From: an uncultured Spirochaetota bacterium
GTDB taxonomy: Bacteria; Spirochaetota; Spirochaetia; SZUA-6; Fen-1364
DNA length: 64,000 bases
NCBI GenBank assembly: GCA_963734545.1
Contig: CAVTHO010000004.1
Location: 320,001-384,000, forward strand
Direction of reading: 5' to 3'
Part shown: one piece after another, positions 57,224 through 64,000 of the stretch
Layout of the letters: each line of letters opens with the position of its first letter
Numbering within the stretch: position 1 is the stretch's first letter
The notes under the pieces: generated by a model
Told to the model about the DNA's origin: nothing
Seen by the model: only the letters and a program-made list of their open reading frames with translations
Databases searched by the model: none
Position numbers and translations under genes: made by a program

Positions 57224-58708
57224 CTATTCGTTCTGGCCGGCCCGGATTGCCCGGATCGGCGGTATCTTCAGCGCAATGGCCACGGGATAGAGATGGGCGA
57301 TGATCCCGATCATGACGATCACGAGCACCGACGTGCCGAGCGCGGACGCGGACAGGACCGGCCTGAGGCTCGTGCCCCCGACAAGGAGCTGGAGGATCGT
57401 GTTGGAGGCCTGCACTCCCACAGCATTCAGCACCCCGATCAACACTGCCCCGATTGTCATTCCGAAAAGTCCGAAAACAACGGACAGGGTCAGGGTCTCG
57501 ATGAGGAACATGCGCCAGACAAAGCCTTTGCGGGCCCCCAGCGCCCGCATGGTGCCGATCTCGGAGGTGCGCTCGATGACGCTCGCCACCAGGGTGTTCA
57601 TGATGATGATGATCGCCACGACGGCGACGATGAGGATCGCGGCGACAAGGAGGATCCGTATCATGCTCGGGATGGTGGCAAAAGGCCCGGCCGCCTCCTG
57701 CCATCCGGCAGCGGCCGCATCGATGCCGTTGGCCGAAAGCCACTGGTTGGTTTCCCTGATGAACCGCGGCGCGTCATCGGGGTCCTTCAACGTCACGATG
57801 ATGAAGTGCCACACGGAAGAATCCAGCTGCCGCGCTGCCTCGACTGCCGCGGCATCCATCGCGGGAGCGGCAGGTCCGGCTGCGGGAGCGGCGGAAATCC
57901 CGCCCGGCGTGACCCGCACCACGTTGCCGGTGCCGGAGAACAGCTCCTCTTCATTCGTGTCTTTCTTCAATAATGAAGTGTCCGTCCCGGGAGCCAAGCC
58001 TGATTCGGCAGGGCCCGCCCTCATTCCTTCGAGCTTCCGCAGGCTGTCTGCGTCGATGTAGCTGATCGTGCTGAGGGCGGCGTTGCTCCGTTTGAACTCG
58101 AATATCCCGCGGACCGTGACCGCTCGGATGGCGGTCCCGAAGTTCTGGATGATCAGGGTGTCTCCCACCTTGATATCCGTCTTCAGCTCCCGGTTCAGCG
58201 ATGCGACCTCCGAGGTGGAAAGGAGTATCCCCTGTTCTCCCGGCAGCAGGGCGCGTCCTGAAACAAGATCGATGGTGTCGAACATCGCCCCATAGCCGGC
58301 GGGATCGATGCCGAAAAGGAAGACGAGGGAGTCGACACCTCCAAAATCGTTCCCCTCGATATTGATCTGGGCTGCGCCCGTGATCTGGGTCGTGACCTCC
58401 TTCACACGGGACTCTGCGCGCAGGCGGGCCATCACCTCGTCGAACCGGGGCATGACGGGAGTGGCCTCGGTTCCTCCCATGGACTGCACTCCAAACAGGG
58501 AGATGGGCGCCTCGGCTTTTCCACTGATGATCACGTCTCCCGTGAAGCTCTCGATGAACGAGCGCCGCAGCCCGCCGGCCGCCGTGTCCATGAAGGAGAT
58601 GCCGGCCACCAGCACGATGACCCCGAGAGCGATGAGGGAACCGACGATCAGGCTCTTCACCTTGTGCGCAACCAGGTTGCGCAGGGCCATCCTAATAAGC
58701 ACCGACAT
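57224..58708 (-). CDS. FtsX/MacB (LolC/E-like) ABC permease
   Basis: MALRNL, ERTSEIGTMRALG, YPVAIALKIPPIRAI. Confidence 0.88.
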   Translation of the reverse strand: MSVLIRMALRNLVAHKVKSLIVGSLIALGVIVLVAGISFMDTAAGGLRRSFIESFTGDVIISGKAEAPISLFGVQSMGGTEATPVMPRFDEVMARLRAESRVKEVTTQITGAAQINIEGNDFGGVDSLVFLFGIDPAGYGAMFDTIDLVSGRALLPGEQGILLSTSEVASLNRELKTDIKVGDTLIIQNFGTAIRAVTVRGIFEFKRSNAALSTISYIDADSLRKLEGMRAGPAESGLAPGTDTSLLKKDTNEEELFSGTGNVVRVTPGGISAAPAAGPAAPAMDAAAVEAARQLDSSVWHFIIVTLKDPDDAPRFIRETNQWLSANGIDAAAAGWQEAAGPFATIPSMIRILLVAAILIVAVVAIIIIMNTLVASVIERTSEIGTMRALGARKGFVWRMFLIETLTLSVVFGLFGMTIGAVLIGVLNAVGVQASNTILQLLVGGTSLRPVLSASALGTSVLVIVMIGIIAHLYPVAIALKIPPIRAIRAGQNE

Positions 58709-59405
58709 GTTCTTTCCTCTTGCGCTGGTCGGCAACAACCATCCCGTCCTGCAGGCGGATCACGTGATCCGCTATCTCGACGATCGAGCTGTCGTGGGTG
58801 GAGAACACGAACGTCGTGTCCCTTTCCCTGTTGATCTTCTTCATGAGCGCGATGATCCCTTCGCCGGTGGAGGAGTCGAGGTTGGCCGTGGGTTCATCCG
58901 CCAGCACGATCTCGGGCCGGGTCACCAGCGCCCGGGCTATGGCAACGCGCTGGCGCTGTCCGCCGGACAGCTCGTTCGGCCGGTGGTCTCTCCACGCGTC
59001 GAGCCCCACCTCATCGATGAGGAAATCGATCCATTCTTCCCTCTCCTTCCGTCCCGTCCCCGGCCTGCCGAGGAGAAGGGGGAACTCGATGTTCTCATGC
59101 ACGTTGAGGACGGGAATGAGGTTGAACGACTGGAAGATGAAGCCCAGCGCTTCGTGACGCAGGGAGGTGATCTCCGCGTCGCTCATCCGCTCCGTTGCCC
59201 GGCCATTGATGCGCACCGTTCCCGCGCTCGGGACATCGATGCACCCGATCAGGTTCAGAATGGTTGTCTTGCCCGAGCCCGAGGGCCCGGCAATCGAGAT
59301 GAAGTCCCCTTTCTCGATTTTGAAGCTCACGCCCCTTACCGCGTGAACCTCGGTCTTCCCCAGCGGATAGACCTTCCGCACGTCCGCCAGCTCCACGATC
59401 GCCAT
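58692..59405 (-). CDS. ABC transporter ATP-binding protein (LolD/MacB-like)
   Basis: GPSGSGKT, FQSFNLIP, LSGGQRQRV, ADEPTANLD, STHD. Confidence 0.92.
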   Translation of the reverse strand: MAIVELADVRKVYPLGKTEVHAVRGVSFKIEKGDFISIAGPSGSGKTTILNLIGCIDVPSAGTVRINGRATERMSDAEITSLRHEALGFIFQSFNLIPVLNVHENIEFPLLLGRPGTGRKEREEWIDFLIDEVGLDAWRDHRPNELSGGQRQRVAIARALVTRPEIVLADEPTANLDSSTGEGIIALMKKINRERDTTFVFSTHDSSIVEIADHVIRLQDGMVVADQRKRKEHVGAY

Positions 59406-59489
59406 TTCCATGCTCCTTTCGCGCATTCATTTCGATGCTGCGTCGAAACTAACGGCGATGAGGGGTGGCGGTCGTCTGAACGGGAAGGC

Positions 59490-60617
59490 TCAGACCTGAT
59501 TTCTGCTTTTCAGTCGGTAGTCGGAAGGAGTGCGGCCGGTGATCTTCTTGAATACAGCATTGAATGTGGGCTTGGAGTTGAAACCCGCGTCAAAGGCGAG
59601 AGTGAGCATCTTGTCGTTGCCGCGCGCGCCGTCCTCCATCAGGCGGAGCACCTCGCGCACACGGTACGCATTGACGAAGTCATAGAAGTTCTTGCCGAGA
59701 TTCCGGTTGATCACGTACGAGAGCTGGTTCCGCGCGGCTCCCACCCTGCGTGCCAGGCCGGAAAGGTCCAGATCGGGATCCAGGTACAGCTTCTCGATTT
59801 CCATGGCGCGCTCCAGCCTCTGCTCGAGCTCGCGCGCCTCTTCGGGGGGAACGCTCCCCCTCAGGTACTTTTCCGCCCCCGGCCCGGGGGGTTCGCTCAG
59901 TGCCTCCAGACGGGGTGTCTCTTTCTGGAGGATCCCCAGGTAGGCCAGGGCGCAGACATATGCGCTGAGAGCGATGGAGAGAAAGGCGCGCACGTGAAGG
60001 GACGGCATGCCGTGGATGACGAAGACGAGGATGATCACGTAGCTCAAGTACAGGGCGTTGATGACGTGCATGAGCCACCGCAGCCACCCGAGATCGACAC
60101 CGGCAGTGTTGGACACCTGCTCGCGCAGCGCCGCGCGATAGCGGTGCAGGTGTCCGAAAACGGGAACGATGTAGAAGAACATCTGCACCAGCAGCGCGCC
60201 CCATTGAACCACCGCGGCCGCGGGAAAGGAGGCACCGCGGTTCAGGAGCGCGGGAAGCGGCGAGAGGGCAAAGAACACGCCGGCCGCGAAGGGGGCCAGG
60301 TGGAGCAGGAAAGAGGGGCGGAGCCGCAGGTCGGGGATCATGAGCCGGTGGATATAAGCGGCGATCAGCGGGGCCATGAGAAACTGCAGCGGCTCCATCA
60401 GGAAGGTGTCACGCGTGAAAGGCGCGTTCTGCCACAGTATCGCCACCAGGGGGTGGGTGATGTTGAAGGAGCCGACGATCATCAGGAGGGCGAGGAGCCG
60501 GTTGGCCCTTCTGTTTGCCCGGGTGCGCGCCCACAGCAGGGCCGCGGCAAACAGCCCGACAAGAAAGCCGCCGCCGGCGAAGAAGAACAGGACCATGGTG
60601 AACGCCGGAGTCTGCAC
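59490..60617 (-). CDS. Membrane-anchored AraC family regulator
   Basis: About six N-terminal TM segments. C-terminal YLDPDLDL...NFYDFVNAYRV...AFDAGFNSKPTFN. Confidence 0.85.
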   Translation of the reverse strand: MQTPAFTMVLFFFAGGGFLVGLFAAALLWARTRANRRANRLLALLMIVGSFNITHPLVAILWQNAPFTRDTFLMEPLQFLMAPLIAAYIHRLMIPDLRLRPSFLLHLAPFAAGVFFALSPLPALLNRGASFPAAAVVQWGALLVQMFFYIVPVFGHLHRYRAALREQVSNTAGVDLGWLRWLMHVINALYLSYVIILVFVIHGMPSLHVRAFLSIALSAYVCALAYLGILQKETPRLEALSEPPGPGAEKYLRGSVPPEEARELEQRLERAMEIEKLYLDPDLDLSGLARRVGAARNQLSYVINRNLGKNFYDFVNAYRVREVLRLMEDGARGNDKMLTLAFDAGFNSKPTFNAVFKKITGRTPSDYRLKSRNQV

Positions 60618-60644
60618 TACAGCCCCGTCAAAGTTCTTCTTCTT

Positions 60645-61586
60645 CTACGACCACGTGGCCGGCAGCCCATGGGCGGCGGCGGTCACCTGGTCATCCGTCT
60701 CGTCGTTCATTATCTTGGCGGCGAGCACATCACCGTACCTTGTCAGCTCATCCATGGCGGGCCTGCTCGCATCATCCATGGCAATCGCTTTGTCAAAGTT
60801 CACCTGGAACCGGCGGAAATCGAGCTTCTCGAAGAAGGTCTTCACAACGCGCACCTGCTCGTCATCCGCGGACTGGAGGAAAGCGCCCAGTATGGGGCCG
60901 AGCCATTTCCAGGGCCGGTAATGATTGGGAGCGCCTTTCTTGAGCCGGTGCGGATCCCGCCCGGTGCCCAGGCTGATGAGCGTGGTCTCCGCCGGATCCC
61001 ATTTCTTGACGATGCACCCCTCGTAGGCCGCCAGGTAGCAGGGGTTGGCATAGGATCCCACACCGCCATCGACATACTGCCCTTCCACCGGCAGGAAGTA
61101 CGTGGGCACGGCGCAGGAGGCCATGACCGCCTTGACCAGTTTCCAGTCCGCGTATTCTGATTTTCCGGTCTTGATGAATCGCGTGCGGTTCTCTACCAGG
61201 TCAAAGGCCGTGATGACGAGGTCCATCGGGCGGATACCTCCCATCGAGATGTCCCCGAGGTTCTTCAGGAGGAACCTTCTCAGATTGCCGGAGGAGTAGC
61301 GATAGCGGCAGATGAACCAGAAGGCCGTGCGGAGGCTCTTCCGAAACACCTCGGGGCCCAGCTCAATATAGAGCTGATACATCTTCTCCCCGGTCAATCC
61401 TGCGGCAAGCCCTGCAGAGATTATGGATCCCGTGGAGGTTCCTGCCGACAGGTGGAATACCTCCGCGCATTTCCTGCCCCCGAAGGCTCCTCGAGTTTCC
61501 AGGTCAGCCAGGGCACGGGCGATCATCGTGCCGCGGATTCCACCGCCGTCAACGGCAATGGCGACATGCCTGCGGAATTCTCTCAT
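60645..61586 (-). CDS. Patatin-like phospholipase
   Basis: DGGGIRG, GTSTG, VDGGV motifs. Confidence 0.9.
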   Translation of the reverse strand: MREFRRHVAIAVDGGGIRGTMIARALADLETRGAFGGRKCAEVFHLSAGTSTGSIISAGLAAGLTGEKMYQLYIELGPEVFRKSLRTAFWFICRYRYSSGNLRRFLLKNLGDISMGGIRPMDLVITAFDLVENRTRFIKTGKSEYADWKLVKAVMASCAVPTYFLPVEGQYVDGGVGSYANPCYLAAYEGCIVKKWDPAETTLISLGTGRDPHRLKKGAPNHYRPWKWLGPILGAFLQSADDEQVRVVKTFFEKLDFRRFQVNFDKAIAMDDASRPAMDELTRYGDVLAAKIMNDETDDQVTAAAHGLPATWS

Positions 61587-61664
61587 ACCTCCCGGAGTAT
61601 ATGCCAGCCCGGCAGGACCCGCAATGGTCCGCAGGCCGCCCCGATCAATCAGCCGCGCGGGGCC

Positions 61665-62657
<993 letters not shown>

Positions 62658-62711
62658 GAGAACAAGAATCGTGATACGGGACGGCCGGAGTCAAGTTCCG
62701 CTCATTCGCGG

Positions 62712-64000
62712 CTATTTGACGACAAGCACCTTTCTGATTTCATCGATTCCGGGGGCCACGATCTTGATGAAGTAGATGTTCCGCGACACTGCCCTGCCCG
62801 CCCTGTTCCGACCGTCCCAGCTGGCGGAGTAGATTCCCGCGGACTGGTATCCCGCGTACAGGACATTCACGATATCTCCGCCCAGGGAGAATACCTGTAT
62901 CGTGACTCTCCCGCTCGAGGAAAGGGTGTACGTCAACCGTGTCCTGTCACCGGCCCGGGGATTGATGACGTTTTCCACGATCGTCACGCCGCCTCGCTGC
63001 CGGAGGACATCGGAGATCTTGAATGCGTAGGGCCGGACGGTGCGCGGATCATCCGGATCCAGGACCCGCAGGCAATACCTTGTTCCCAGACCGAAATCGG
63101 CGGCGAAGAGGAACTCGATAGTATTGCCGTCCGCCACTTCGCCGTCCGCCGCGGGAATGGAGAAGTCACGAAGCAGGTCGAAGTCAGTCCCCGAATCAGC
63201 CTGCACGATGGAACGGGCGGCGACGTCCGCCGGCGCCAACCCATCAATTGAAGCGGGAAGCCAGAAGCCGAGCGGTCGGAACGATGAAGGAACTGCCGCG
63301 TCGAAAACGATGTCCAACGGGGTGGCGGGCGCGGCCGCCGTGTTGAACCGCGCCTCGAGAGTTATGTCCCGGTCAAGAAGCCTGCCCGGTCCCGTCGAAC
63401 ACCTTGAGCGCGCCCGATTTCGATACCGGAATATCCGTGTGAATCCCGTCATGCGCCCAGACGGGAATCACCACGTCCAGCATGAGCTGGGAAACAGCAT
63501 GTGTGACCGGGCTCATGGGAAGACCGACCGAATCATAAATCGCATTCAAGGGCACACTGAGCTGGTCAGCAGTCACGTTCGACGCGGCAAGGGGCGCGGC
63601 AACGGTCAGGAAGGCTTCCCGGGGCCCGATTGGAACGATGCCGGTCAACGGCGCATAGGTGATGTCTCCCGGTGCGAGCGGATTCAAAGAGACGTCCGTG
63701 TAGACCGGTTCGGAGAACTCGATGTAGATGCGCGTGCCGTTGACAGCAGCCAGCGTGACGCCGATCACGGGCGGTGCGTCGTCTGTCGCCGCCACGCCGG
63801 TAGATTCGGATTCCATGGCGTAAAGGCCGCTGGAGCTTTTCAGGGAACCACCGCCGCGAACCCTGACGAGCGGTGTGGCGCCGGTGTCAAATGAAGAACC
63901 TTTCTGCAAGCTGACGTAAAACACATTGTCACCGCCGGCGCCTGTGGCGTATCCGGCAACCGAGTACCCTGCAACCGCGATATCGAGGCCGGTGAAGTCA
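62712..64000 (-). CDS. C-terminal part of a large exported protein with FlgD-Ig/T9SS-like tail, paralogue of 5902-17743 (frameshift near 63385; 5' end outside the window)
   Basis: ORFs 63373-63924 and 62712-63452 align motif by motif with the C-terminus of the giant protein. Ends WDGRNRAGRAVSRNIYFIKIVAPGIDEIRKVLVVK. Confidence 0.85.

Noticed and set aside
58308-61160. Long plus-strand ORF (950 aa) and similar antisense ORFs (53380-55044, 4359-6026, 29247-30746)
   Set aside because: Shadow ORFs opposite well-supported genes in high-GC DNA, with no recognisable motifs.
60645-61586. Patatin as a CBASS (CapV-like) effector
   Set aside because: No CD-NTase or other defence genes nearby; the neighbours are metabolic and transport genes.

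Overview
High-GC bacterial chromosome segment, gene-dense. I found no rRNA, tRNA, CRISPR array or recognisable mobile element. The gene families (giant exported proteins with FlgD-Ig-like tails, a LolA-like/ABC/outer-membrane cluster, a membrane-anchored AraC, an [FeFe]-hydrogenase-MCP fusion) suggest an anaerobic or facultative spirochaete; this is inference only. Many genes are broken by single-base indels, mostly insertions, which look like long-read consensus errors, so several split ORFs are reported here as single genes. Highlights: (1) a four-gene cell-surface locus at 35.2-48.9 kb: exported TPR protein, a ~2700-aa exported protein, a multi-FN3 protein and a predicted beta-barrel. This is the best candidate for an undescribed surface-display or secretion system. 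(2) A ~3950-aa repetitive adhesin-like protein (5902-17743, minus strand) built from two near-identical DNA modules in shuffled order. It shares a long C-terminal module and a T9SS/FlgD-like tail with a second large protein entering at the window end. (3) A soluble group C [FeFe]-hydrogenase-chemoreceptor fusion. (4) Several sigma70-like promoters placed 6-9 nt before start codons, suggesting leaderless mRNAs. The rest is a GH2 beta-mannosidase, a polyol/sugar ABC operon, a Lol-like ABC cluster and assorted stress and repair enzymes.
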